A stretch of DNA of 64,000 bases, taken from a virus (lineage: Duplodnaviria > Caudoviricetes). The notes below the pieces were generated by a model, which worked only from the letters and a program-made list of their open reading frames with translations, did no database searches and had not been told where the DNA came from. Shown here in pieces: positions 8,746 through 18,842 of this stretch (its first letter is position 1; each line of letters starts with the position of its first letter). The stretch spans positions 1,750-65,749 of IMG/VR virus record IMGVR_UViG_3300043765_000163, one strand, 5' to 3'. The position numbers and the translations under genes are program-made.

Positions 8746-8988
8746 TTAGACATTACGTATATACCGGACTTCAATTTCGCGTAAATTATGGTTAATAAGA
8801 TTGAGTTGATAAGCGATCAAGAGTTGGGCGGCTAGGGCGGGATCAACCTCGGCGATATTTTCGATACGCTCTCTATCTTTGTCATCATCACAGGTTAGAG
8901 ATTGAATAAACGCCTTCAATTCTGCTGGGCCGAAAACTTGGTCAAGAGTTTTAGCCGGTTTAAATGGATTAGAGGAGGTTTGGTTCAT
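8746..8988 (-). CDS. Hypothetical protein
   Basis: Likely start MNQTSSNP at 8988, overlapping the end of the primase gene. Confidence 0.55.
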   Translation of the reverse strand: MNQTSSNPFKPAKTLDQVFGPAELKAFIQSLTCDDDKDRERIENIAEVDPALAAQLLIAYQLNLINHNLREIEVRYIRNV

Positions 8989-11605
8989 TGATTGGTTCCT
9001 TACATTGGCTGATATAGAAAAGATCGCGATTATCGGCCGGGTCATGCCAGACATGGACAAAGGCCGGACCGAACGCTGCTAATTTACCTGGGATAATCTG
9101 TGGCAGGTCACGCTTGAAGAATTTGGACATTTTACCGCCTAACACTTTGTCAGTAGAGGCGAATTTAAGGTCAAATGGTAGTTCTAATCCCAGCTCGATA
9201 AATTCGTTGCCCCAACGCGAAGGAGTAGCGGCTCGGTCCAACAACTGCGGCTGGTTGATTAACATGGACCATACTTTTTCCGCCCATAAAACATTACGAT
9301 TAGCCGCTCGGTATTGTCGTTCACTCAAGCCATCAGTCAGGTAAGGGCGTTTGGTATAACCTAACAAACCATTATTCATTTCTGTCCAATCAACGAACCG
9401 GAAGTAAGCCTCTGCCGAATTATGAGATTGATATTTTCGTTTGGGGGCGCCGGCTGCGCCGTATTCGGCCAGCACTGCTGCCACCGCGCTTTGATAAGGT
9501 AGAGCGTTTTCCCGGATAACATTAAGCAGGAACGCTTCTTTTTCCTTGTCCTGGAAATTATGCCCTTCCTGCACCAGAATTTTAATCACATTGAAGCGGC
9601 TGGTCATATCGGCATGGAATTGGACACCTTCATTGCCGGTAAAAAAGAAAGTCATCCATTCCACACTCCCAGTTGAAGGCCGTCCGTAAGGCAACCGATA
9701 ATCGACCTGGTTACTCCCCGTAGCGAGCACTTCAAAAAGCGGCATATCGAAATCGCCCCGGATATTATCGATCATGTGGACAAAAGAACCTTCCGCCAGA
9801 CTGCGGTTAAATCGTTCTTTGGTTCCATCGATTCCGGTCTTGGGATCATACTCATTGGTTTTAACTTCGATGCCGAATATGGCTCCGATACAAAGAGGTA
9901 GAAGCGTTTTACCGGCTAATCGATCATCAGCCAGCACCAGATGAAATGGCCCTCGATTTCTGTGCCAATGACCTAAGCATTCAGCGATCGAAAACACCAT
10001 GGAAAGTGCTCGGCTTCGATCGGCTGGCGTTTCAAATCGCCAGAAGTTAAGCAGATGTTCATCCAAAAATTGAAGCCCGGTAGTGGCGCTCATTGGAATC
10101 AGATTTTGTTGGCTTAAACAAAGGCAGCCTAAGCCTGGATTAAATCCATATTGAATTTGATAACTCTCTCGGGCTTCTTCATTCCAGCATAAGAAAGGAA
10201 CTGGGGAGATAAACTTGATTTTGGGAAAGTAACCTTCGATATAAACTGGCTGATCGGTTAAATCGTTAGCATCCTGCCCGGCTAGCTTTTTCGCTGCGAT
10301 TTTTCCCCCTTTTAATTCTTGAGTGATCGCAATTCCAAGTTCATTAAGCGCCGGATGTAACCGGGCGGCATTGATTGGCAACACTTTATCCCAGCCGTTT
10401 CGCCAACGAACAATTTGTCCGTTTAGATTGAAAAATTCGCCGCTGTCCCGCATCCGGGCATAAGCGGTCGCATAGGTCTGATGCAGATTCTCGTTACCCA
10501 AAGCAAAGAAGATGGTTTTAGCCTTGGCGAATGCCCGGTGAATCCGGCGAGTTTGTTCACGGTTAACACTTGCGCCGGTCGCATCATCGCGAGCTTCGCA
10601 ATGACTGTGTTTACAGCAGTAGGCAACAGTTGCCCGTTCATCGGTACCGATAAATACCACTGTCTGAAATTCACCGGTATCATCGGTATGTTCGGCTTCA
10701 TTGACGCAGCGAATCGCCACGCGCCCTCGAGTTTCATCGACATCGAGAATCTCGTAGCCCAACTCTTCTTCCAGAATAACCAGTTTTTCTTCTAAGGAAC
10801 CGGAGCTCCATTCCAATGGATCATTACGCCAACGGCCGCCAGCACGGGAAGCGCGTGTTTTAGGAATTCCCGGCCACCCTTGCCAACCCAGCTTGCCGGT
10901 TTCGATCATGAGGTTTTTGAATTCCTCAAATTCGAATTCCAGAATCGGATTTCTATTACAAGCAGTATAAAAATCCTTTTCGTTTTTGTGTAATCCCCAG
11001 ACCACATTTTGATGAGCGCCGCTGGTTCGAAATTCCAATGCGTAGCGCCCCGGTTTACCATCTTTGTCCGGTTTACCTAACACTCCCGGCACTTCGATTT
11101 CTACTCGGCAGATTGCCCAGCTGGGCCATTCGCCTTTCATCCGAAACCAGAGCGCACATCCGCTAGTCGAGCTTCCTTTTGTCCAGAAAGTATCGGCCAA
11201 ACGTGGACAAAAGTGTAAAAGAGCGTCAATAACGCGCCGATCCACGGTATCAATGTCGAAATTACCTAAATTACCGCTTTTTGGCCCTAAACGGATGCCA
11301 ACATTGTGTTTACCTTGTCTTTGAAAGAGATAACGCAGGTATTGACCGGCTGGAATGAGAATTGCGCCTTTAGAGGTGCATAAATCTTGGGAACAGAGTT
11401 CATCCCAAGTTAAAGTAGTCCAATTCTCGAAAAATGGGCCTTTGGTAGCCCAATTGATGACTAATGGAACACAATTCTTACCTAATTCACGATCTGGAGC
11501 GAATTTTGCTAATAAATCCCTTAATTCCAGCCTGATTGAATCGTAAGGGTAAAGATTTACATTGCATTCTGCGTCACTCGGCGTATTCTGCGCTTGTTCA
11601 GCCAC
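8969..11605 (-). CDS. Prim-Pol (AEP) primase fused to a Zn-binding region and a P-loop helicase-like domain
   Basis: NVGIRLG...GNFDIDT (DxD motif I); RCVNEAEH...CCKHSHC; C-terminal LAGKTLL Walker A-like and MIDN Walker B-like motifs. Confidence 0.75.
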   Translation of the reverse strand: MAEQAQNTPSDAECNVNLYPYDSIRLELRDLLAKFAPDRELGKNCVPLVINWATKGPFFENWTTLTWDELCSQDLCTSKGAILIPAGQYLRYLFQRQGKHNVGIRLGPKSGNLGNFDIDTVDRRVIDALLHFCPRLADTFWTKGSSTSGCALWFRMKGEWPSWAICRVEIEVPGVLGKPDKDGKPGRYALEFRTSGAHQNVVWGLHKNEKDFYTACNRNPILEFEFEEFKNLMIETGKLGWQGWPGIPKTRASRAGGRWRNDPLEWSSGSLEEKLVILEEELGYEILDVDETRGRVAIRCVNEAEHTDDTGEFQTVVFIGTDERATVAYCCKHSHCEARDDATGASVNREQTRRIHRAFAKAKTIFFALGNENLHQTYATAYARMRDSGEFFNLNGQIVRWRNGWDKVLPINAARLHPALNELGIAITQELKGGKIAAKKLAGQDANDLTDQPVYIEGYFPKIKFISPVPFLCWNEEARESYQIQYGFNPGLGCLCLSQQNLIPMSATTGLQFLDEHLLNFWRFETPADRSRALSMVFSIAECLGHWHRNRGPFHLVLADDRLAGKTLLPLCIGAIFGIEVKTNEYDPKTGIDGTKERFNRSLAEGSFVHMIDNIRGDFDMPLFEVLATGSNQVDYRLPYGRPSTGSVEWMTFFFTGNEGVQFHADMTSRFNVIKILVQEGHNFQDKEKEAFLLNVIRENALPYQSAVAAVLAEYGAAGAPKRKYQSHNSAEAYFRFVDWTEMNNGLLGYTKRPYLTDGLSERQYRAANRNVLWAEKVWSMLINQPQLLDRAATPSRWGNEFIELGLELPFDLKFASTDKVLGGKMSKFFKRDLPQIIPGKLAAFGPAFVHVWHDPADNRDLFYISQCKEPINEPNLL

Positions 11606-11698
11606 TTGTGTTCATCCTTTCTAAAATTGGCGATTTTGGAGACTAAAATCACTTGCATTGGTTGGGCGCTTACTTGTTTCTAGGCGAATGCCGCCGGG

Positions 11699-13018
11699 TT
11701 AGTCCCCGGCGGTTTTCGTTTCCAAGAATGCTTCATCCAAGGTTAAATCGCTATCATTAATCGTGTCGATTGCGTTTAATTTTTGCCGGACTCGGGCGGC
11801 TACCCGCTCTTCGATTGTGCCGGCGCAGAACACCAGTTTCTGGATTGATTTCGACTTTGCCCCGGCCCGGTGTACCCTGCCCAATGCCTGACGAAAAGTT
11901 ACTGCTCGCCAAGTCGGACAAACCAGCGCCAATCGTGGTTGAGCTCCGATTGTATCGTGCAGGTCAATCGAAGCGCCTCCACTATCAATGGTACAAGTCA
12001 GAATCGGTGTATTTCCAGCTTGAAACTGCGCAATTGCTCGGAGTCGATCTTCGTTTCGCTGGTCCCCAAAGAGCAATTGTGTTTCGTCTAGATCCAAAAT
12101 ATTCTCTAACGCCGCCAACGTTGTTAAAAAGTTGACGAACACAACCAAGCGGTAACCTTCCGCCCGGCCTTCTTTGATCATCTCAAGCAGTGCCGGCACC
12201 TTACCCAGCTCGGCACGCATCCGCTCGTAAAGGATTTCGGGCAGGATATCGCCGGTTGGATCCCACGGCCGGTCACTCTCCGCCATTTTAAGTGCGTGTT
12301 GAGCTTCCCGGCAATCAATTTGGCGCTCCCAAGTTTCCAGCCGTGGATCCGAAAGCCCTTCAACCAGTTCCACAATGTACTGACATTCCGGGAAATCGGG
12401 GATTTCCTCTTTGCGCATCCGGCTGCCCCGCTCAGGGAAAATCTTTTCATGGATGTAAGCCAGAACTTTTTTGCTCCCGTTAAAATGATGACCGCCGTAG
12501 CCGAAATTTTTGACTACCCCGTTGCGGAACATCCAGCGATAATAATCGCGCAAATTATGAAACCCAAGGATATAGCCAAGAGCGTACATTTTGAGGGGAC
12601 TTTCTATGGCCGTCGCCGAGAGCATGAGCACCATGTGTCCCATTTCAAAAGTATTAATGAGCAGCTTGGAGTTGAGCGTTTTGTAGCCGGCCGCCTCATG
12701 CACCTCATCAAAGATGTACAGCGCGCCCTCTCGATCCGGCAACCCCCGCCGCCGGGCCAGTTCCCAGTTTCCCACTACACCATTCACCCCAAATGATTCC
12801 ATCCAATATCGCCAGGTTGGGATCATGACTTTTTTACCGACAACGATCGCCTCTTTTTCTAGGGTCTTAGCGATATGGCAAGCCACGACAGTCTTCCCGG
12901 TACCCAGATCGCTGGCATCCAAAGCGACCTGGTCGAACATGAGCGCATCAATCAATTTTTGAGCGTGCGGTTCTTGATAAGAAAATAATTTCGGCATACA
13001 ATCACAAGCGGAGTTCAT
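11699..13018 (-). CDS. SF2 (SNF2-like) helicase
   Basis: DLGTGKT, IFDEVH, LSATA and QALGRVHRAG motifs. Confidence 0.9.
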   Translation of the reverse strand: MNSACDCMPKLFSYQEPHAQKLIDALMFDQVALDASDLGTGKTVVACHIAKTLEKEAIVVGKKVMIPTWRYWMESFGVNGVVGNWELARRRGLPDREGALYIFDEVHEAAGYKTLNSKLLINTFEMGHMVLMLSATAIESPLKMYALGYILGFHNLRDYYRWMFRNGVVKNFGYGGHHFNGSKKVLAYIHEKIFPERGSRMRKEEIPDFPECQYIVELVEGLSDPRLETWERQIDCREAQHALKMAESDRPWDPTGDILPEILYERMRAELGKVPALLEMIKEGRAEGYRLVVFVNFLTTLAALENILDLDETQLLFGDQRNEDRLRAIAQFQAGNTPILTCTIDSGGASIDLHDTIGAQPRLALVCPTWRAVTFRQALGRVHRAGAKSKSIQKLVFCAGTIEERVAARVRQKLNAIDTINDSDLTLDEAFLETKTAGD

Positions 13019-13178
13019 TGCTAAACCTCCGGATAATAGCGCGCTCTAGGTGGGCAAAGAGAGTTATCCTTAAACAGTCATTATTGTCGTCACCGAGTGA
13101 GCGCAACACATAGTTGGATCAAAACCTCGGGGCGGGTTGTTGCTCTCCTTGCGGCTGTCCTTCCCCGAGGTACTTTTT

Positions 13179-13343
13179 TTACTTCTTCTTTTTGCCCAAC
13201 CGTTTAGGCAATCCTTTGCGCTTGGTTGAAGCAAAATCTTCCAGTTGTTTGATACTCATTCCGGTCCGGGTTTTCTTTCCGGCCCGGGCGCGCGCCAGAT
13301 CAGCGCCCATCATTTCCTGCTGAACCTTGGATTTAGCTGGCAC
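13179..13343 (-). CDS. DUF3008-like small basic protein (54 aa, absent from ORF track)
   Basis: GTG start preceded by AGGAG: MPAKSKVQQEMMGADLARARAGKKTRTGMSIKQLEDFASTKRKGLPKRLGKKKK; PAKSK..QQ and FASTKRKGLP resemble DUF3008. Confidence 0.75.
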   Translation of the reverse strand: MPAKSKVQQEMMGADLARARAGKKTRTGMSIKQLEDFASTKRKGLPKRLGKKKK

Positions 13344-13596
13344 CGGCTCCTACCTCCTCTTTAGCGGCTGGCGCTGGAAGCGCATCGGCGGTGATTCGGC
13401 GCAGATCGATTCCTGGGTTGCGAAGCGCGTCGTTAACCGCATTGATTGCTAGAAGCGGTTCCAGCGCGGTCAGTACAACTTTTTGTTCTTGTTTATTCTG
13501 ATCCAGGTAAAAAACGCTTATGGTGAATAGCGCCTGACCCGGGAAATCAGATTGAGACGGTTCAACTGTGACAACTGCTGATTCGGTTGCTGTCAT
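13333..13596 (-). CDS. Hypothetical protein
   Basis: 87-aa ORF, coupled to neighbours. Confidence 0.6.
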   Translation of the reverse strand: MTATESAVVTVEPSQSDFPGQALFTISVFYLDQNKQEQKVVLTALEPLLAINAVNDALRNPGIDLRRITADALPAPAAKEEVGAGAS

Positions 13597-13775
13597 TTTT
13601 TCCTCCGTTTACGTTTGCGGGACGCTTCATTGCGCCCGGTTTCAGTGACTAATTTCGATTTAATCGGCTCGCGATATCCTTTACCGCGAAAACGCTTGGC
13701 TTGCTGTCCCGCCCCTTGGTAGGGCGGAGCGGCGCCGCCGGCCGGCACGCCGCCGGTTGCTGGTCCTCCGTTCAT
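13593..13775 (-). CDS. Small Gly/Pro-rich basic peptide
   Basis: 60 aa, ending RKRKRRKK. Confidence 0.55.
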   Translation of the reverse strand: MNGGPATGGVPAGGAAPPYQGAGQQAKRFRGKGYREPIKSKLVTETGRNEASRKRKRRKK

Positions 13776-13851
13776 TGGTTAATCCTCTTTGGTCGTTGGA
13801 AACTCCGCCTCCTTGATAAGAGGCGCCTTGATTTAAGAATTTCTTTTTCAT
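13681..13851 (-). CDS. Possible Arg-rich peptide (56 aa)
   Basis: ATG at 13851 overlaps the stop of the upstream gene (ATGA); contains RRTSNRRRAGRRRR; overlaps the next ORF by 95 nt. Confidence 0.4.
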   Translation of the reverse strand: MKKKFLNQGASYQGGGVSNDQRGLTNERRTSNRRRAGRRRRSALPRGGTASQAFSR

Positions 13852-14051
13852 AGTTGGAGTTCCGGGATTTGAGTCAAACCGCCCAATGCCCAACTCATCG
13901 GTTGTCCTTCTCTAGCTGGATCATCAATTACTCGACAACCTAGAGTCGCATTAGTGTAGATGGTTTCGACTAGGAGCCATGTCACCGAATCAGCTATAAC
14001 GAATTTAATCTTGTCTCCGGGAACCAATTTATTGATTTCATCAATAGTCAT
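13848..14051 (-). CDS. Small hypothetical protein downstream of the fibre gene
   Basis: 67-aa ORF starting 2 nt after the fibre stop. Confidence 0.6.
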   Translation of the reverse strand: MTIDEINKLVPGDKIKFVIADSVTWLLVETIYTNATLGCRVIDDPAREGQPMSWALGGLTQIPELQL

Positions 14052-14053
14052 GG

Positions 14054-15907
14054 CTAGACAACTCCTTTCACAATTATTGCCCCGGAAAATGTTCCGGCTG
14101 AAAGAAACAGGTTCATTGAAACCATTCTGCCAGCGTTGGTACCGAAACCGGATAACGTAAACGTGCCGACAAAACCGCTTGAATTGTACATTCCACCAGA
14201 TTGACCTGAAAAAGAAAAATAGCTACCGGCGTCACCCGGATGAATTCTATGATTAACTAAATGCCGGGCAGACTGTTCCAGCCAGTGCGTAATGTAAAGG
14301 GAAGTACCGTTGTTATAAGTTCCTACCGTCAGCACAGTGGTACTGCTATCGTACCAGTACACACCGTAATAACCGGTCGTAATATAAGTGGTCCCATCGA
14401 GACTGGTTTGGATCTGCATATTCGGCGTACCCGTGTTGCATAACAGTCGGGTAATTTGCAGATCGAAATAAGTGTAACCGGCTGGAAAGAAAATAACCTG
14501 GCTGGTTGCGGCGGATAGATTAAGCGAACCCAGCACTACTTCGCGTGCTAATCCAATTGTCCGCCAGTTAGTGCCATCGGTAACAATGGTGCATTCCTGC
14601 TGGGCTAAAAGCTGGATACTAGCTGCACCATTAATCGTGTTGGTGCCGCTGGTCGCAATCGTTATGACCCCGCCTATAGCGGTGATTCCCGGATTATCAT
14701 TACGAACCAGATAATTTAAACCAGCGGCCGCCGGTGGCAGTGTCAGTGTCCAGCTGCCTCCAGAACAAATAATGTAGTATCCGCTATCAGCCGGGCTAAC
14801 GGTATAGGCAGCAGTTTTTGATACAAAGCCCTTAAATGCTGTGGCCGCTACTGCCGCCAGATTATGACAGGTGTTATCGCCGCCGACATAATCGGTGGTC
14901 AGCCCGCTCATCTTGGTAACCAGCCCCGGCTGGGTGGTATCAGCCATCGGCACCGTGGGAGAAGTTTGCGGTACACCGTAGCTAGCCCGGATGCAGTAAG
15001 TCAGGCAGAGGAAAGGTGCCATAACGTTATGGGCTGAGCTGGAACCTTGAGTATCGGTAGCAACGCCGCCGCGCGCCGCGTCTGTGTCAGTCCACGCGTT
15101 GGCTGAGTTAGCTATCGAACCGCAGACTACGTTTAGTCCGGTACACCAGAATTGGCCGGCATTTTGGACTGAACCGACTACCTGATTTTCACCGCTGGTC
15201 GTAGAAGTTTGTACGGTGCCGAAACTTCCGTAAGAACCTTGTGTTACTCCGGTGCGGGTTGCTGAATCGGCGGCGACAGTGTGCGTATGACCGTTATTAG
15301 TCCAACCATGGCCGTGAACCGGGGCAAGGTTGGAATGATTGCCATCATTCCAGCCGTGTCCGTGCGCCATGGTCAGGTGTTGATGGTTACCGCCGTTATG
15401 AGCGTGAGCAGCAAGTTCAGCTAGCGAAAGAACATGAGTTTCCTCGCCGCCGGTCATTGCCAAAGTTCGGTTAGTTAAACTGGTGCCTTGCCCCACTCCA
15501 ATAATCATTTTAGAGCGCAGATCGGGCAGATTAAACGTGGTCGCGCCATCGCCTGCGCCGAAGCTCGTTCCGACTACACTGAAAAGCTGGGCATAAGTTG
15601 TGCGGGATTGAGCACTTCCGTCGCATAGTAAATATCCGGTTGGCGGGGTGACAGACGGCCACGCGATGATGGTGCCGACTAGATTCCCGTCATAACCATT
15701 TATTCCTTGTGGCCCCACTGGACCAGTTGCTCCAGTGGGTCCAGTCGCGCCAGTTGGTCCAGTCGGTCCAGCGGGTCCAGTGGTTCCCGGCGGCCCGGGC
15801 ACAGTTGAAGCGGCTCCTACTGGACCTTGTTGACCAGCAGGAGATATTTGAGCGCCGCTGGGCACCACGGTTCCGGGCAAAGCTTGTTCTGTAGCCGGTT
15901 CAGGCAT
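14054..15907 (-). CDS. Collagen-like tail fibre with tail-collar domain and His boxes
   Basis: GPx repeats; GYLLCDG...YAQLFSVVGTSFG...TFNLPDLR collar motif; HGHGW repeats; C-terminal SKTAAYTV-type domain. Confidence 0.85.
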   Translation of the reverse strand: MPEPATEQALPGTVVPSGAQISPAGQQGPVGAASTVPGPPGTTGPAGPTGPTGATGPTGATGPVGPQGINGYDGNLVGTIIAWPSVTPPTGYLLCDGSAQSRTTYAQLFSVVGTSFGAGDGATTFNLPDLRSKMIIGVGQGTSLTNRTLAMTGGEETHVLSLAELAAHAHNGGNHQHLTMAHGHGWNDGNHSNLAPVHGHGWTNNGHTHTVAADSATRTGVTQGSYGSFGTVQTSTTSGENQVVGSVQNAGQFWCTGLNVVCGSIANSANAWTDTDAARGGVATDTQGSSSAHNVMAPFLCLTYCIRASYGVPQTSPTVPMADTTQPGLVTKMSGLTTDYVGGDNTCHNLAAVAATAFKGFVSKTAAYTVSPADSGYYIICSGGSWTLTLPPAAAGLNYLVRNDNPGITAIGGVITIATSGTNTINGAASIQLLAQQECTIVTDGTNWRTIGLAREVVLGSLNLSAATSQVIFFPAGYTYFDLQITRLLCNTGTPNMQIQTSLDGTTYITTGYYGVYWYDSSTTVLTVGTYNNGTSLYITHWLEQSARHLVNHRIHPGDAGSYFSFSGQSGGMYNSSGFVGTFTLSGFGTNAGRMVSMNLFLSAGTFSGAIIVKGVV

Positions 15908-15911
15908 AAGG

Positions 15912-18446
15912 TTAGGAATATTCGGTGATAATGACCACTCCAGCCGAGCCAGCGCCGCCAGCTACCGAGGCAGTTCCCGCTGCTACGCATCCTCCACCGC
16001 CTCCAGCGCCATACGCACTAGCGTTGTGACCAGCGGTAGAACCGCCGGCCTGATTAAAATTACTTGGGCCACCGCCACCAAAAAGGCTTGAGCCACCTAC
16101 ACCAGCCGGCCCATACATATTAGCCGCAGCAGTACTATATGTCGCATAAAGACCGGCGGCCCCCGGAGCACCACTGCAAGCGAAATCTCCTGTACCGATA
16201 GCCGCGCCACCGCCACTTCCTGAACCATTGTTAGCGGATACACCTCCATATCCGCCGTTAGCTACACATAACGAACCAACGCTGGTTGCTCCCCCATTAC
16301 TGCCATTATTATTTCCAGCTGCTCCTCCAGCGCCGCCAGCACCTATTGTGACAGCTTGTGATGCACCGACCTGGGCAGCGGTAGCGAATTTTCGCGAATA
16401 ACCACCGGCACCACCTCCGCCGCCAATTAAATTATAACTAGCGTTGCCAAGAACGGCACCGCCACCAGCACCGCCACCGACACATTCGATGATGCAGGTA
16501 TGCATTCCAGCGGACGGCGTGTAGGTGCCGCTGGCTGCGAAAACTTGGATTCCGATTGGACCCGTATGTGTTGGCACATAGATTTTACTGTCACTACCTA
16601 GAGTGGCAATGTTACCAGCATCGGCGCTGACAACAGCCGGCGTAAAAACCAGTTTATCTGACCCCAGTTTAGAAGTGTTTCCTGCATCGGTACTGATAGG
16701 TGCGGGAGTGAAAACCAATTTGTCCGATCCCAATTTAGAAGTGTTTCCGGCATCAGTGCTGATTAATGGAGTCTGACTCGCGCTTAAATTGAGTAGGGTC
16801 ACCTGGTTGCCGTTGATAGCTTGGACTTGCATCGTTCCCGGTTGCCCTACACCACCACCGGCCTGATCGACCCAGAGTATTTGACCTACAACCATCCAGG
16901 ATGCGTTTGTTACGGTTGCAACTACGGTTGAGCCAATCGGCGGAACGGTGAATCCAGCCGTTGAGCTAGTGTAAGCGTTGACTCCCTGCGGCCCTGGAAC
17001 AGTCGAGGCTGGACCGATCGGCCCCGCCGGACCAGTCGCTCCGGTTGGTCCAGCTGGTCCAGTTGCTCCTATTGGGCCTTGACTTCCGGTAGCGCCAGTT
17101 GGACCAGTTGGTCCAGTTGGTCCAGTCGCGCCGATTTGAGCGATTATGCTCCAATAAGTGGCATTGGGCGGCGGCTGGTTTGTGTTAGCCGCGATACAGA
17201 CATAGCTGCTGCCAGCGGAGCTAATTGTATCATAAGGATTATAAGCAGTGGCGGCACTCCATGCTCCTTTCCAAGTGTACCCTTGACCGGGTGCGCCGGT
17301 TGCTCCGACGGGTCCAGTTGGGCCGGCTGCTCCAGTTAGCCCAGTTGGTCCAGCCGGGCCGGTTGCTCCGGTTGATCCAGTTGGCCCGGTTGCTCCGGTT
17401 GATCCAGTTGCCCCGGTTGGACCCGCTGGCCCAACCGCTCCGGTCGCCCCGGCCGCCCCGGTTGCTCCAGTTGGACCTGTCGGCCCTTCCGGTCCTACCG
17501 GCCCGGTGCCGGTCAAAGTATTTCCAGAGGGCGCAATAGAACCGGGCGTTTGGTTGACGGTATACCCGAGGTTTTGCAGGGTTAACTGGTTGGCTCCGGT
17601 GTTAACCGCGGTAATCGTCAGATAACCGATTGGGCTGATATAAGCGACTGCGCCGATTCCGAACTCGGCTGCGCCTCCGGCGGCAACGCTGGCGACGCCA
17701 GTCGCGTTGACTGCTGGCATAGTAAAGGCTGCGCTTAGAGTGGTTGAAGCGCTGGCGCCTCCAGGCGGTCCCGGTGGTCCGGCTGGCCCAACTTCTCCAG
17801 TTGCTCCAGCTGGTCCAGCTGGTCCAGTTGTACCAGTTGCACCAGCTGGCCCAGCTGGGCCGGGAACGGTTGAAGCTGCACCGGGAGGTCCGGTTGCGCC
17901 AGTAGGTCCAGTTGGACCAACCGGCCCGGGCACAGTTGAAGCTGCACCGGGAGGTCCAGTTGGTCCAGTTGGACCAGTTGCACCGGCATTTCCGGGCGGT
18001 CCTTGAGGACCAACTGGCCCCGCTGGTCCTCCAGATGGACCTTGTGGACCAACCGGTCCCGGAACGCCTTGTTCACCAATTGGCCCTGGCGGCCCCGGTT
18101 GTCCTCTTGGCCCAGCTACACCGGGAGCGCCAATTGGTCCAGCTACACCCGGAGCTCCGGGTTCGCCTTGAATTGATTTTGGGGCGCCAATCCACTTGCC
18201 GTATGTCCGAACAAAAGTACCGCTGGAACCAGCTGGAACATCTGTGATACCAGTAGTTCCGTTACCGGTAGTTGATTGTGATTGCACTACCGGAATTATT
18301 TTTTGAATAACGGTTTCTTTAGTCGGAACCTCTTTTTTTTCCGGCGTTATTACCGGAATCAGTTTTCGGACAACGGTTTTTTTAGTCGGAATCCATTGTC
18401 CTTTTTTCCGAACAGCAAATGTGCCTTCTGGAATGTTTTCAGGCAT
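15912..18446 (-). CDS. Collagen-like tail fibre with CBM-like segment and Gly-rich C-terminal domain
   Basis: Long GPx runs; [11 protein letters not shown]...YVC...YW segment; three STDAGN..LGSD repeats; GGGGAGG-type C-terminal domain. Confidence 0.85.
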   Translation of the reverse strand: MPENIPEGTFAVRKKGQWIPTKKTVVRKLIPVITPEKKEVPTKETVIQKIIPVVQSQSTTGNGTTGITDVPAGSSGTFVRTYGKWIGAPKSIQGEPGAPGVAGPIGAPGVAGPRGQPGPPGPIGEQGVPGPVGPQGPSGGPAGPVGPQGPPGNAGATGPTGPTGPPGAASTVPGPVGPTGPTGATGPPGAASTVPGPAGPAGATGTTGPAGPAGATGEVGPAGPPGPPGGASASTTLSAAFTMPAVNATGVASVAAGGAAEFGIGAVAYISPIGYLTITAVNTGANQLTLQNLGYTVNQTPGSIAPSGNTLTGTGPVGPEGPTGPTGATGAAGATGAVGPAGPTGATGSTGATGPTGSTGATGPAGPTGLTGAAGPTGPVGATGAPGQGYTWKGAWSAATAYNPYDTISSAGSSYVCIAANTNQPPPNATYWSIIAQIGATGPTGPTGPTGATGSQGPIGATGPAGPTGATGPAGPIGPASTVPGPQGVNAYTSSTAGFTVPPIGSTVVATVTNASWMVVGQILWVDQAGGGVGQPGTMQVQAINGNQVTLLNLSASQTPLISTDAGNTSKLGSDKLVFTPAPISTDAGNTSKLGSDKLVFTPAVVSADAGNIATLGSDSKIYVPTHTGPIGIQVFAASGTYTPSAGMHTCIIECVGGGAGGGAVLGNASYNLIGGGGGAGGYSRKFATAAQVGASQAVTIGAGGAGGAAGNNNGSNGGATSVGSLCVANGGYGGVSANNGSGSGGGAAIGTGDFACSGAPGAAGLYATYSTAAANMYGPAGVGGSSLFGGGGPSNFNQAGGSTAGHNASAYGAGGGGGCVAAGTASVAGGAGSAGVVIITEYS

Positions 18447-18842
18447 TTAATCCTCTCCGCAACCGCACGAATGACCGAACCAATCATGCATCCACATCGA
18501 AGTATCGACATGCCCAGCTGCATCGCTGGTTAGCTGAGTCAGGTTTGTGTTGATGGGAGGACCAGCAGCGTCTCGGGCCGGAGTTTTATCCGGTACGACA
18601 TTGATCGGTTTTTTCTGATTGGTTTTGTACCGGATCTCGGCTTCACGATGGAAATCAGCCGCGCGGCCTTGTAACCCGCCGGTAAACATTTCTGGTGTGC
18701 GACCGCCAGTTGTAGCAAGTGCTTGAGCGCGTAAGCGTTCAAGGGAACTCATCGGCAGTTGCGGTTCGGGCGTATGCGCTTCACTGCGAAGTGGAGTAGT
18801 AGTTTCCCGACGGCTGCGGTTAGGATCATATCTGTTGGTCAT
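18447..18842 (-). CDS. Hypothetical protein
   Basis: 131 aa, abutting the polymerase and fibre genes. Confidence 0.6.
   Translation of the reverse strand: MTNRYDPNRSRRETTTPLRSEAHTPEPQLPMSSLERLRAQALATTGGRTPEMFTGGLQGRAADFHREAEIRYKTNQKKPINVVPDKTPARDAAGPPINTNLTQLTSDAAGHVDTSMWMHDWFGHSCGCGED

Noticed and set aside
13125-13170. CCTCGGGG / CCCCGAGG hairpin upstream of the helicase, as a possible ribozyme
   Set aside because: No hammerhead (CUGAnGA/GAAA) or other recognisable catalytic core; probably a terminator or leader stem.
16966-18247. Multiple overlapping ORFs on both strands in the collagen region (also at 47420-48808)
   Set aside because: Shadow frames of GGN-CCN-NNN collagen codon repeats.
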